DNA of 64,000 bases, from assembly GCA_963727455.1 (NCBI GenBank), contig CAVSGG010000005.1, positions 160,001 through 224,000 of the forward strand. Reading direction: 5' to 3'. The DNA is from Candidatus Krumholzibacteriota bacterium (GTDB lineage Bacteria > Krumholzibacteriota > Krumholzibacteriia > JAJRXK01). The translations under genes and the position numbers were made by a program. Below are positions 10,100 through 19,161 of the stretch, piece by piece (the stretch's first letter is position 1; every line of letters starts with the position of its first letter). The notes beneath the pieces were generated by a model. That model was not told the origin of the DNA and searched no databases. It saw only the letters and a list, made by a program, of their open reading frames with translations.

Positions 10100-10996
10100 A
10101 TGGAGAAATCGACGATGATCACAGCACCACTCTTGCGCAGCATGCGACCCCACCAGTGGATCAAGAATCTCGTCGTCTTCGCCGCGCTGGTCTTCGCCGA
10201 ACTGATGGGGGAGACCGACTTGCTCCTGCGCACGGGAGTCGGCTTTCTCATCTTCTGCCTCCTCTCTTCCGCCGTCTATCTTCTCAACGATCTCAAAGAC
10301 AAAGAGAGTGACGCTCAGCATCCCACCAAACGTCTGCGGCCCCTGGTCGCCGGAGAGATTGCTTCCCGGACGGTGGCTCTGGCGGCGGTGGCGTTCCTCG
10401 CTCTGGGGCTCGTCAGTGCCTGGTGGCTCGGCCGCGGCTTTTTCTCGGTGGCGGTGGCGTACCTGCTTCTGAACCTGGCTTATGCACTGTCGTTTCGTAA
10501 CATCGTCATCCTCGACCTCATCACCATCGCGGTAGGATTCGTCATGCGCGCCATCGCCGGCGCCGAGCTATTGCGGGATGCCGGCCATCCGGTAGCCATC
10601 TCGCCGTGGCTCTTGATGTGCACCTTCCTTTTGTCTCTCTTTTTGGGTCTGGGAAAACGCTACCACGAACTTCACGTGGCGGGCGGTGGGCATCGAGTGA
10701 CCCTCCACGGCTACACCGAGGCTTTCCTCAGCCGCCTGCTCACCATGACCGCAGCCACCACCCTCCTGAGCTACGGGCTCTACACCATATGGCCCGACAC
10801 CGTCCAACGTTTCGGTACCGCGCGCCTGCTCTACACCATCCCCTTTGTCTTCTACGGCCTTAGCCGTTATCTCTATTTGGTCACCGAAGAGGCCGAAGGG
10901 GGAGATCCCTCCGAGACTCTGGTTTCGCGAAGGTCCATCGTTCTGACGGTTGCGCTGTGGTTTGCCGCGGTGATGTTCATTCTCTACCGGCATTGA
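10100..10996 (+). CDS. UbiA-family polyprenyl-phosphate phosphoribosyltransferase (Rv3806c-like)
   Basis: RPHQWIKN, YLLND..D...D..HPTK..RP, GKR..E and GGDP motifs. Confidence 0.85.
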   Translation: MEKSTMITAPLLRSMRPHQWIKNLVVFAALVFAELMGETDLLLRTGVGFLIFCLLSSAVYLLNDLKDKESDAQHPTKRLRPLVAGEIASRTVALAAVAFLALGLVSAWWLGRGFFSVAVAYLLLNLAYALSFRNIVILDLITIAVGFVMRAIAGAELLRDAGHPVAISPWLLMCTFLLSLFLGLGKRYHELHVAGGGHRVTLHGYTEAFLSRLLTMTAATTLLSYGLYTIWPDTVQRFGTARLLYTIPFVFYGLSRYLYLVTEEAEGGDPSETLVSRRSIVLTVALWFAAVMFILYRH

Positions 10997-11032
10997 GCTC
11001 GCGCGCATCCTGCACCCGAGGAGTTCTCGCTC

Positions 11033-12094
11033 ATGGCTTGGAGCAAAGTGGCGGTGGTTTCAGCCACCCCCGAGACCATCCTGGAGGACTATTCCAGAGT
11101 ACTGGCCCTGGCCGGGCTGGCGGAGATCACCTCCCCCACGCATCCGCCCGCCATTCTCCTCGATCTGGTCTGGAACCGTTATCAGCCAGCGGCCGGCCCC
11201 CCTCCCTGGCAGCTGGAGGGGGTCCTCAGAGCCCTGCGCAATCTCCACTGCGACAGCGCGAAGATGGTGGTTGGATCGCGCGGCAGCTTCGAGGTCTCTC
11301 CCCGTCGGGCGGCGGATCACTACCAGCTGAGCGGGGTCCTGCGGCGGCACGGGCTTTCCTTGACCACCCTTCCCGGCAAAACATGGCCCTACCAGGCGCC
11401 GAAGCGCCGTGCAGCGCTCGAGTCGGCCGTCGATGGCACAATCGCAGCTCCGGTCGCCCTCAAGGACCGTGAGATCGTTTATCTGAGCAGCCTGAAGGCA
11501 CACGCAACTCTGGGGCTCTCGAGCGCAGTGTGGGCGGTGGCCTCGGAGTTTCTCGACCGCGACGATCTGCGGGGACGGCCGCGCGTGGCTGAAGTCCTCG
11601 CGGATGCCCTGCGGACCGCCCAGGAACTGCACCCCGAGCTCCTCTGTGTGATCGATGCAACCGTCTGTGGCTTGGGTCCAGGACCGCGCCGGCTGCGACC
11701 GAGCGTGCAGAACCTCCTCATCGCCTCGCGTGATCCCGTGGCGGCGGATGTGGTGGGCGCGCGGATTCTAGGACTCGATCCTCTGCGAGTCCCCTTCCTG
11801 GTGCGTTGCGCGCAGCAGGACCTTGGCGCCATTCTCAGCAGCGAAATCGAAATCGTGGGCGAGAGCTCACCAGCTCTCGATGAAACTCTGGAATCGTCAC
11901 ACGTGCAGGCGCCAAGCGGGCAGTTTCTTCGCCTGCCGGGAGGGGACCGTCTGCGCGGCTCACAGCGTCTCTTCCGCCGGGCTGCGCGTGATTTTCTCTG
12001 GTATCCCTCAGTCGGCCGGCACTGGCGAAGGCTCTGGCGTCGCACACCCTGGGGTCAGCTCTTCCACGAATACGCTCGGAGCGGAGGGCGCTGA
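11033..12094 (+). CDS. DUF362-domain protein (divergent)
   Basis: PWQLEGV, LKAH, ID....G.GP, AS.DPVAAD and G.DP motifs; C-terminal WG.LF..Y. Confidence 0.7.
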   Translation: MAWSKVAVVSATPETILEDYSRVLALAGLAEITSPTHPPAILLDLVWNRYQPAAGPPPWQLEGVLRALRNLHCDSAKMVVGSRGSFEVSPRRAADHYQLSGVLRRHGLSLTTLPGKTWPYQAPKRRAALESAVDGTIAAPVALKDREIVYLSSLKAHATLGLSSAVWAVASEFLDRDDLRGRPRVAEVLADALRTAQELHPELLCVIDATVCGLGPGPRRLRPSVQNLLIASRDPVAADVVGARILGLDPLRVPFLVRCAQQDLGAILSSEIEIVGESSPALDETLESSHVQAPSGQFLRLPGGDRLRGSQRLFRRAARDFLWYPSVGRHWRRLWRRTPWGQLFHEYARSGGR

Positions 12095-12975
12095 TGGGAC
12101 TGACGGCCAAGGCCCACGCCAAGGTCAACTTGCACTTGGAGGTCCTCGCAAAACGGGAGGATGGCTACCACGAAGTGGAGACTTTGCTACAGTCTCTCGA
12201 GCTCCACGACACACTCGAATTCCGGTCCACCAAGGGTCCCCTTCACGTTCTTTGCGAGCATCCTTCGGTTCCGCAGGACCGACGCAATCTTTGCCACCTC
12301 GCAGCGCGGCTGCTTCGCAAGCATCTGCAGGTGAAGGCCGGCGCAACGATTCGCATCCACAAGGAAATCCCGGTGGCAGCGGGACTGGGAGGCGGTTCGG
12401 CCGACGCGGCAGCAACTCTTTTGGCTTTGTGCGAGTTGTGGGAGCGGGAAGTCGAGGAGGAGGAGCTCGTCGATCTGGCGCGCCGCATCGGATCGGACGT
12501 ACCCTTCTTTCTGCGCGGCGGAACGCAGTTGGCGCGTGGGGTCGGCGACGAACTGACCCCGCTGCATTCCTCTGGTGGAGGCGTCTATTTGTTGATTACT
12601 CCGCACCTGGAGCTCTCCACCGCCCAAGTGTATGAAGGACTCAGAATGGGGTTGACCCATCATGGGCCCAAAGTTAACCTGCAAAATTATAAGAGCTTGC
12701 TGTCGCGATTTCCCGACCGCACCTGGCCTGGATTCAATCGTTTGGCCGATGTGGTTCTGCCGGCGTACCCAGCTCTGCATCGTTTGTATCTGCGTCTTCA
12801 GGACACGGAACCGAGGCTGGCGATGATGAGCGGTAGCGGGCCCAGTCTCTTCGCGGTCTACTCGACGCGCGAAGAAGCGGAGAGAGCCAAACAGGAACTT
12901 GGCGATCTCGAAGGGTTCAACTGGATCGGTAGCTCCAGTCAGGTTGGAGTCCAACTCATCAAGGATGGGAACTAG
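12094..12975 (+). CDS. ispE: 4-diphosphocytidyl-2-C-methyl-D-erythritol kinase
   Basis: AKVNL.L, R.DGYH, IPVAAGLGGGSADAA, GSDVPFF and MSGSG motifs. Confidence 0.96.
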   Translation: MGLTAKAHAKVNLHLEVLAKREDGYHEVETLLQSLELHDTLEFRSTKGPLHVLCEHPSVPQDRRNLCHLAARLLRKHLQVKAGATIRIHKEIPVAAGLGGGSADAAATLLALCELWEREVEEEELVDLARRIGSDVPFFLRGGTQLARGVGDELTPLHSSGGGVYLLITPHLELSTAQVYEGLRMGLTHHGPKVNLQNYKSLLSRFPDRTWPGFNRLADVVLPAYPALHRLYLRLQDTEPRLAMMSGSGPSLFAVYSTREEAERAKQELGDLEGFNWIGSSSQVGVQLIKDGN

Positions 12976-13028
12976 ACCGCCCACGTTTCAGTTTTGTCCC
13001 AGACACCCCTGCTGATGGTGGTACGGCT

Positions 13029-13352
13029 TTGGAGATCACTGAAATCAGAATCACGCTCCGCGACGATGACAAGCTGAGGGCTTTCGCAAGCATCACACTC
13101 GAGGATTCCCTGGTGATCCGAGGCCTCAAGGTCATCGAAGGCGCAAACGGAATGTTCGTGGCCATGCCCAGCCGGCAACGTAAGGACGGGTCCTACCAGG
13201 ACGTTGCCCATCCCATCAATCGCGAGACGCGCGAGTGGTTGGAGAACATGGTCATCGGTGCTTACCAGGAAGAAATCGCCCGAGTCGATCACGCACAGCC
13301 AAACACCGACTTCAATGCTGGCGAGGGGCTCGCCGCGGAGGATGCCTACTAG
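13029..13352 (+). CDS. spoVG: SpoVG nucleic-acid-binding protein
   Basis: MEITEIRI, LRAFASIT, G.FVAMPSR and DVAHPIN motifs; TTG start. Confidence 0.93.
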   Translation: MEITEIRITLRDDDKLRAFASITLEDSLVIRGLKVIEGANGMFVAMPSRQRKDGSYQDVAHPINRETREWLENMVIGAYQEEIARVDHAQPNTDFNAGEGLAAEDAY

Positions 13353-13376
13353 GGGTCTTGGGAGGCTACGGGGTTC

Positions 13377-14315
13377 ATGGGCCGAAGATTGAGAGTCATC
13401 TCCGGGCGAGGCGATGTCGCCCTCGCGGAGAAAATCTGTCAGTACCTCGATGTCTCCCTCACCGAAGTCAACATCATCGATTTCAGCGATGGTGAGATCT
13501 CCGTCAAGATCCAGGAGAACGTTCGCGGAACCGACGTTTTCTTGATCCAGCCCACCAATCCTCCCGCGGGAAACTTGGTGGAACTCCTGCTTCTTCTCGA
13601 CGCGGTTCGTCGCTCCTCCGCACAGCGGATCACCGCAGTCATCCCCTACTTCGGTTACGCCAGGCAAGATCGCAAAGATCAGCCCCGTGTCCCCATCGCG
13701 GCCAAGTTGATGGCGAATTTGATCAGCGAGGCCGGTGCGCAGCGAGTCCTCACCATGGATCTGCACGCACCCCAGATCCAGGGCTTCTTCGACATTCCAC
13801 TGGACCATCTCTACGCGGCGCCGGTGCTTCTGGACTACTTCCAAGAAAGGGTCGGGGAGGAGAACCTCTGCGTGGTCGCTCCGGATGTGGGAAGCATCAA
13901 GATGGCTCGCGCCTTTGCCAAGCGTCTCGGAGCTCCGCTGGCCATCATCGACAAGCGCAGGCCGCGTCCCAACGAGGCGGAGGTCATGAATTTCATCGGG
14001 AACGTTCGCGGAAAGAACGTGGTGCTTTTCGATGACATGATCGACACCGCCGGCACCATGAGCGATGCGATTCGTGAATTGCAGAAGCAGGGAGCGCTGA
14101 GTATCGACATCTGCGCCACCCACGCACTCTTTTCCGGTCCGGCGTTGGAGCGGCTCAACGAGGCCCCGGTTCGCGAAGTGGTGGTCACCAACACCATCGC
14201 CTTCCATCGCCAATCCGAGTGCCCCAAGGTCGTGGTCCTGGACATCTCCCCGCTTCTGGCCGAGGCCATCAAACGTATCCATCTCGAACAGACCGTATCG
14301 AGCCTCTTCGTCTAG
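13377..14315 (+). CDS. prs: Ribose-phosphate pyrophosphokinase
   Basis: FSDGE, PYFGYARQDRK, DLHA.QIQGFF and DDMIDTAGT motifs. Confidence 0.97.
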   Translation: MGRRLRVISGRGDVALAEKICQYLDVSLTEVNIIDFSDGEISVKIQENVRGTDVFLIQPTNPPAGNLVELLLLLDAVRRSSAQRITAVIPYFGYARQDRKDQPRVPIAAKLMANLISEAGAQRVLTMDLHAPQIQGFFDIPLDHLYAAPVLLDYFQERVGEENLCVVAPDVGSIKMARAFAKRLGAPLAIIDKRRPRPNEAEVMNFIGNVRGKNVVLFDDMIDTAGTMSDAIRELQKQGALSIDICATHALFSGPALERLNEAPVREVVVTNTIAFHRQSECPKVVVLDISPLLAEAIKRIHLEQTVSSLFV

Positions 14316-14498
14316 CGAAGAAAAAGAGTAAATCGCCATACTCTGCGACTCTCCTCCCCAGCCACTTCGCACTACCCAAAAGCCATCCTTCTGACTATAC
14401 TTTTTTGCCTTGTTGCCCCTGGGGCACGAGGAGACTCCCGGCATCCCGCGCCGAGGGTTCGCCGACCGCCTGAGGCGGCGGTTTCCGATCGGTACCAT

Positions 14499-14562
14499 GA
14501 TTCCAGCTCGAAGAGCGCGGAATCCGCGTGGGTGGCGTCCCACGCGACCTTGAGGAGGATTC
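14499..14562 (+). promoter_or_regulatory. Structured rplY 5' leader (candidate autoregulatory element)
   Basis: Hairpin CGCGTGGG/CCCACGCG (14525-14546); alternative pairings involve the SD region. Confidence 0.5.
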
Positions 14563-14567
14563 ATTTC

Positions 14568-15257
14568 ATGTCCAACACCATCGAATTGAGCGTGCAAGCT
14601 CGTCCAAAGACTGGCAAGGGCGTCGCGCGCAAATTGCGCGCGCAAGCTCAGCTTCCCGCGGTGCTCTACGGTCTGGGTACGCAGTCCCGTGCCCTGGCCC
14701 TCGATGCCACCCAATTCCGCCATGCCATTTCCTCCGATTACGGTCGCCGCGTGCTTCTTTGCCTCAAGTTCGAGGGAGAAAAGGAAGTCACGTATGCCAT
14801 CGTCAAGGACATCCAGAGGCATCCGCTGAGCCGCGAGTTGCTGCATGCGGACCTACTTGCGGTCGAAAAGGATCGCCCGATCGTGGTGCGTGTCCCGCTC
14901 CGTCAAAAGGAGGGAATTCCCTTCGGCGTGAAGAACGAGAATGGAGTTCTGGAGTGGATGCACCGGGAAGTGCTGCTGCGCGTCTTGCCCGAGAAGATCC
15001 CGGCCGCGATCGAGGTCGACGTCGTTCCGCTCAAGCTCGGAGAGCATATCAGCGCCGAGCAAGCGGTCGGGAGCGAATTCGAGTTGGAGACCCCCGGCGA
15101 TACGGCACTGTGCCACGTGGTTGCCACTCGCATGAGCGTGGAAGTTGCCGAAGCTGAAGGCGCCGAGGGCGAGGAAGGCGCCGAGGGCGAGGCCGAGACC
15201 GAAGGCGAAGAGGGCGAGGAGAAGGCGTCTGAAGACGGCAAGAAGTCGCAGGACTGA
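14568..15257 (+). CDS. rplY: 50S ribosomal protein L25 (Ctc/TL5 long form)
   Basis: GKG.ARKLR, PAVLYG, QRHP and H.D motifs; acidic tail; SD GAGGAGG. Confidence 0.95.
   Translation: MSNTIELSVQARPKTGKGVARKLRAQAQLPAVLYGLGTQSRALALDATQFRHAISSDYGRRVLLCLKFEGEKEVTYAIVKDIQRHPLSRELLHADLLAVEKDRPIVVRVPLRQKEGIPFGVKNENGVLEWMHREVLLRVLPEKIPAAIEVDVVPLKLGEHISAEQAVGSEFELETPGDTALCHVVATRMSVEVAEAEGAEGEEGAEGEAETEGEEGEEKASEDGKKSQD
15156..15191 (+). repeat. 18-bp tandem duplication in the acidic tail of L25
   Basis: GAAGGCGCCGAGGGCGAG occurs twice in tandem (EGAEGE x2). Confidence 0.8.
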
Positions 15258-15259
15258 GC

Positions 15260-15844
15260 GTGACGGAATCGGTGGAAGTCGGAGAGTGGTTACTCTTCTG
15301 CTTGGGGAATCCCGGTGGCCGTTACGAACGAACCCGGCACAATCTGGGCTGGCTCTTGGCGGACCTCTTGTCGCGACGGCATCGCCTCTCCTTCCGAGCG
15401 GGACGAGCCGAGTATTTTCACGCAGAGTACTCGCTTCAGGGGCGCCGGATCCGAGTGATCAAGCCCACGACCTTCATGAATCTGAGTGGCCGCGCAGTAC
15501 GCCAATATCTGGCGATCGAGAAGCCGCAGGATTTTGAGATGATGGTTGCCGTCGACGACGTGAATCTCCCTTTGGGCCGCTTACGGCTGCGTCCAGAAGG
15601 GAGCGCGGGAGGACACAACGGCTTGAAGTCGATCATCGAGAAGCTGGGAAGGCAGGATTTCCCACGCCTGCGCATGGGGGTGGGCCCGGGCCCCAGCGGA
15701 GAAGACCTCGCGGATTACGTCCTCGAGAACTTCGCGGAAGACGAGTGGGAAGCCGTCGACGCTTTGCTGACGAGGGCGGCGGATGGCTTCGAACACTGGG
15801 TCCTTCACGGTCCCAAGTTGACCATGGCTCGCTTCAATGGCTGA
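15260..15844 (+). CDS. pth: Peptidyl-tRNA hydrolase
   Basis: LGNPG..Y..TRHN.G, KP.TFMNLSG and GSAGGHNGLKS motifs. Confidence 0.96.
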   Translation: MTESVEVGEWLLFCLGNPGGRYERTRHNLGWLLADLLSRRHRLSFRAGRAEYFHAEYSLQGRRIRVIKPTTFMNLSGRAVRQYLAIEKPQDFEMMVAVDDVNLPLGRLRLRPEGSAGGHNGLKSIIEKLGRQDFPRLRMGVGPGPSGEDLADYVLENFAEDEWEAVDALLTRAADGFEHWVLHGPKLTMARFNG

Positions 15845-15923
15845 GTGCGTCGGCCATGGAGCGGAAAACGGCGTTTCCCGTTCCCGACGGGAACTGGATC
15901 AACGGATGGAGGATGAATAGTCC

Positions 15924-17969
15924 ATGAACATGACGCTTGCAGCCGCGGCGCTCGCGGCCGTCCTGGCACTGATTTTCGCTCTGATCAAGTACGGAGCGAT
16001 CATGCGGCGCGACAGCGGTACCGATCGGATGCAGGAGATCTCGCGGCAAGTCCAGGAGGGTGCGGCTTCATTTCTCAAAGCCGAATACCGGTGGCTCGTG
16101 GTCTTCGTCATCGTCGTTTTCGGCGCCATATTCTTCTCCTCCTCAGAGAACGGCCTAGGTCCCAAGACCGCGATCGCGTTTCTTTCGGGAGCCTTTGCCT
16201 CGGCGTTGGCCGGCTATTTCGGCATGCACACTGCGACTCGCGCTGCGGTTCGCACGACCCAGGCTGCACGCAACAGCTTGACCTCCGCTCTGAAGATCAG
16301 CTTCTCCTCCGGAGTAGTCATGGGCATGAGCGTGGTCGGACTGGCTGTCTTGGGACTCAGCATCTTTACGCTCGCGTTTTCCCATGGCGGTGTTTTCGAT
16401 TCGAAGGTGTTGGAGAACGTTCTGGGCTTCAGCTTTGGAGCTTCCAGTATCGCTCTCTTCGCTCGCGTGGGGGGCGGCATCTTCACCAAGGCAGCCGACG
16501 TCGGTGCCGATCTGGTGGGGAAGATCGAGGCCGGAATCCCCGAAGACGATCCACGCAATCCGGGAACTATCGCCGACAACGTCGGTGACAACGTTGGTGA
16601 CGTCGCGGGAATGGGCGCGGACCTCTTCGAGTCTTTCGTGGGTTCGATCGTAGCTGCCATGACCCTTGGAGCCTTTCTGTTTTCGGCAAACACCGCCATG
16701 GTGCTCTTGCCCTTGATCACGGCCGGAGTCGGAATCATCGCCTCCATTCTGGGAACTTTCTTCGTTTCGGCGAGGGATGAGAAAGGACTGCACGGAGCGC
16801 TCTTCCGCGGGCTCTTAGTCGCGACGATCCTCGTCATCGTAGTGGAGTGGTTCGCCATTGGCCGGCTGAGCCTTCCGGCGGGTATGGTGGCGTGGAAACT
16901 CTGGGGTGCCATCGTGGCTGGTCTCATCGTCGGCGTCGCCATCGGGAAGATCACCGAGTATTACACGAGCACCGAGACCAATCCGGCACGCGGCATCGCC
17001 AAGCAGAGTCAGACGGGCGCGGCGACCAACATCATCGCCGGTCTGGCCGTCGGCATGGAGTCAGTGGCTCTGCCGGTTGCGTTCATCTGCGTGGGAATCT
17101 TCGTCTCCTTCAACCTCGCCGGTGTTTACGGAGTTGCGCTGGCGGCGGTGGGGATGCTCTCGACCCTGGGGATCTCGCTGGGCATCGATGCCTACGGCCC
17201 TGTCGCGGACAATGCAGGTGGCTTGGCCGAAATGGCTGAGTTGCCCGAAGAGGTGCGCAATCGCACCGATGCTCTCGACGCGGTGGGCAACACTACCGCG
17301 GCAATCGGCAAGGGCTTCGCGATCGGCTCCGCCGCGCTCACCGCGTTGGCCCTGTTCAACGCCTTTTGCACTCGCGCCGGCATGCTGCAGGGTTTGCCCG
17401 CGGGAAAGGCGCAGGTTCTGGACATCAACAGCACCGACGTGATTCTCGGCCTGCTCATCGGCGGCTTCTTGCCCTTCCTCTTCAGCGCGTTGACCATGCG
17501 CGCGGTGGGACAGGCGGCCAATAAGATGGTGGAAGAAATTCGTCGTCAGTTCCGGGAGATCCCCGGGCTCATGGAGGGCACCGGAAAGCCCGACGCGGCC
17601 CGCTGCGTCGCGATTTCCACCGCCGGCTCGCTGAGGCAGATGGTTTTGCCAGGCCTCATGGCCATCGCCGCCCCCCTGCTGGTGGGATTTTGGAGCATCG
17701 AGGCGCTGGGAGGACTCCTGGCGGGAGCCCTGGTTAGCGGTGTGATGATGGCCATCTTCATGGCCAATGCCGGAGGAGCCTGGGACAACGCCAAGAAATA
17801 CATCGAGGGCGGAGAGTACGGAGGAAAGGGCTCCGAAGCGCATCGCGCCGCCGTGGTTGGTGACACGGTGGGAGATCCTTTCAAAGACACATCGGGCCCC
17901 TCGTTGAACATTCTCATCAAGTTGATGACCGTGGTGGCATTGGTTTTCTTGCCCTGGTTCATCGGCTGA
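15924..17969 (+). CDS. hppA: Membrane-integral pyrophosphatase, K+-dependent, probably Na+-translocating
   Basis: [38 protein letters not shown] and [10 protein letters not shown] motifs. Confidence 0.95.
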   Translation: MNMTLAAAALAAVLALIFALIKYGAIMRRDSGTDRMQEISRQVQEGAASFLKAEYRWLVVFVIVVFGAIFFSSSENGLGPKTAIAFLSGAFASALAGYFGMHTATRAAVRTTQAARNSLTSALKISFSSGVVMGMSVVGLAVLGLSIFTLAFSHGGVFDSKVLENVLGFSFGASSIALFARVGGGIFTKAADVGADLVGKIEAGIPEDDPRNPGTIADNVGDNVGDVAGMGADLFESFVGSIVAAMTLGAFLFSANTAMVLLPLITAGVGIIASILGTFFVSARDEKGLHGALFRGLLVATILVIVVEWFAIGRLSLPAGMVAWKLWGAIVAGLIVGVAIGKITEYYTSTETNPARGIAKQSQTGAATNIIAGLAVGMESVALPVAFICVGIFVSFNLAGVYGVALAAVGMLSTLGISLGIDAYGPVADNAGGLAEMAELPEEVRNRTDALDAVGNTTAAIGKGFAIGSAALTALALFNAFCTRAGMLQGLPAGKAQVLDINSTDVILGLLIGGFLPFLFSALTMRAVGQAANKMVEEIRRQFREIPGLMEGTGKPDAARCVAISTAGSLRQMVLPGLMAIAAPLLVGFWSIEALGGLLAGALVSGVMMAIFMANAGGAWDNAKKYIEGGEYGGKGSEAHRAAVVGDTVGDPFKDTSGPSLNILIKLMTVVALVFLPWFIG

Positions 17970-18036
17970 TCTCAGTACACGGGGCCGTTCTTGCGCCGCG
18001 AAGAGCGGTCCCGTAAGCTCGTTGATTCGCGGCATC

Positions 18037-18083
18037 ATCCCTGTCCGGCGCCGATGCGCCGGGCCGCTTGAGACCGAAGGGAG
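18037..18083 (+). promoter_or_regulatory. S6:S18 ribosomal-protein leader (rpsF 5' UTR)
   Basis: TCCCT...AGGGA outer stem covers the SD; inner hairpin CCGGCGC/GCGCCGG; unpaired GCCGC containing the CCG motif. Confidence 0.65.
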
Positions 18084-18090
18084 AACATCC

Positions 18091-18456
18091 GTGCAGAAAT
18101 ATGAATGTGTCGTCGTTCTGAGGTCGGGCCTTCCCGAGTCGGACGTGAACACGATTCTCGATCGTTTCGAATCGAGCGTGAAGAACCACGGCGGAGAAAT
18201 CACGCTGAAGGACCCCTGGGGCACCAAGAAACTGGCCTACGAGATCCAGAAGCAGACGACGGGGGACTACTACCTCTATCGTTTCAAGGGGGACAACACT
18301 CTGGTGCAAGAGGCTGACCGTGACTATCGCCTCGACGACCGGGTGTTACGCCATCTCATCGTGATCGATGAGGAGTGGGACGAGCGCAACAGAGTCGCTC
18401 TGGCCAAGCGGGCCGAGCAGCGTAGCCGCAACGAGGGGGCATCCGATGGCCGCTAA
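18091..18456 (+). CDS. rpsF: 30S ribosomal protein S6
   Basis: KYE, WG.KKLAY.I.K and VLRHL motifs; GTG start after SD AAGGGAG. Confidence 0.95.
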   Translation: MQKYECVVVLRSGLPESDVNTILDRFESSVKNHGGEITLKDPWGTKKLAYEIQKQTTGDYYLYRFKGDNTLVQEADRDYRLDDRVLRHLIVIDEEWDERNRVALAKRAEQRSRNEGASDGR

Positions 18457-18706
18457 ACCACGAGCCAAACGACGCGAACGAGATCGCTTTGGACGGAAGA
18501 AGAAGTGTTACTTCACCGAGCATGGATACGCCTGCATCGACTACAAGGACATCGAACTCTTGAAGCGTTTCGTTACCGAACGCGGAAAGATTTCACCCCG
18601 GCGCAACACGGGAACGAAAGCCAAGTATCAGCGCATGCTCGCCACCGCGGTGAAACGAGCGCGCCACCTTGCGCTCCTTCCTTACGTGCGCGAGTACTAC
18701 CGATAG
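18446..18706 (+). CDS. rpsR: 30S ribosomal protein S18
   Basis: IDYKD..LL.RF.TERGKI.PRR.TG and QR.L..A.KRAR.LALLPY motifs. Confidence 0.97.
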   Translation: MAAKPRAKRRERDRFGRKKKCYFTEHGYACIDYKDIELLKRFVTERGKISPRRNTGTKAKYQRMLATAVKRARHLALLPYVREYYR

Positions 18707-18715
18707 GAGGCCATC

Positions 18716-19156
18716 ATGGATGTCATTTTGCTTCATGACGTGCAGAAACTCGGGCGCCGGGGCGCCAAGGTGGGCGTCGCGCGCGGGTATGCCCGTAACT
18801 ACCTTTTTCCACGAGGGCTGGCCGTCCAGGCTTCCTTGGCCAAGGAGAAAGAACTGGAGAGCCGACTCAAAGCCTTCGAGACGAGAGACGAGCAACAGCG
18901 CGAACAGGCACAGAGTCTCGCGGAGTCGATGCAGGGCGTCGCGGTCACCATCGCCGCGGCCGCGGGGGAGGAGAATCTCTACGGCAGCGTTTCTGCCGCG
19001 ATGATCTCTGCAGCCCTGGAAAAGCAGGGTCACGCCATCGATGCCAAACACGTGATTCTGGAAGAGCCTTTGAAGAAGCTGGGGACCTTTGCGGTTCCGG
19101 TCCGAGTGCATCGAGACATCGAAGTCGAGGTCCAGGTCACCATCGAACGGGCTTGA
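18716..19156 (+). CDS. rplI: 50S ribosomal protein L9
   Basis: VIL..DV..LG..G..V.V..GYARNYL.P and LYGSV motifs. Confidence 0.97.
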   Translation: MDVILLHDVQKLGRRGAKVGVARGYARNYLFPRGLAVQASLAKEKELESRLKAFETRDEQQREQAQSLAESMQGVAVTIAAAAGEENLYGSVSAAMISAALEKQGHAIDAKHVILEEPLKKLGTFAVPVRVHRDIEVEVQVTIERA

Positions 19157-19161
19157 TCTGA

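Noticed and set aside
14402-14520. Possible tRNA-Gln, tRNA-Sec or glycine riboswitch between prs and rplY
   Set aside because: No cloverleaf, T-arm or CCA; only loose similarity (GGAGAC...GCCGAGGG...CTGAGG) to the glycine aptamer, without its conserved core
12972-14846. 624-aa minus-strand ORF spanning spoVG-prs-rplY
   Set aside because: Antisense shadow of well-conserved genes in GC-rich DNA; no recognisable motifs
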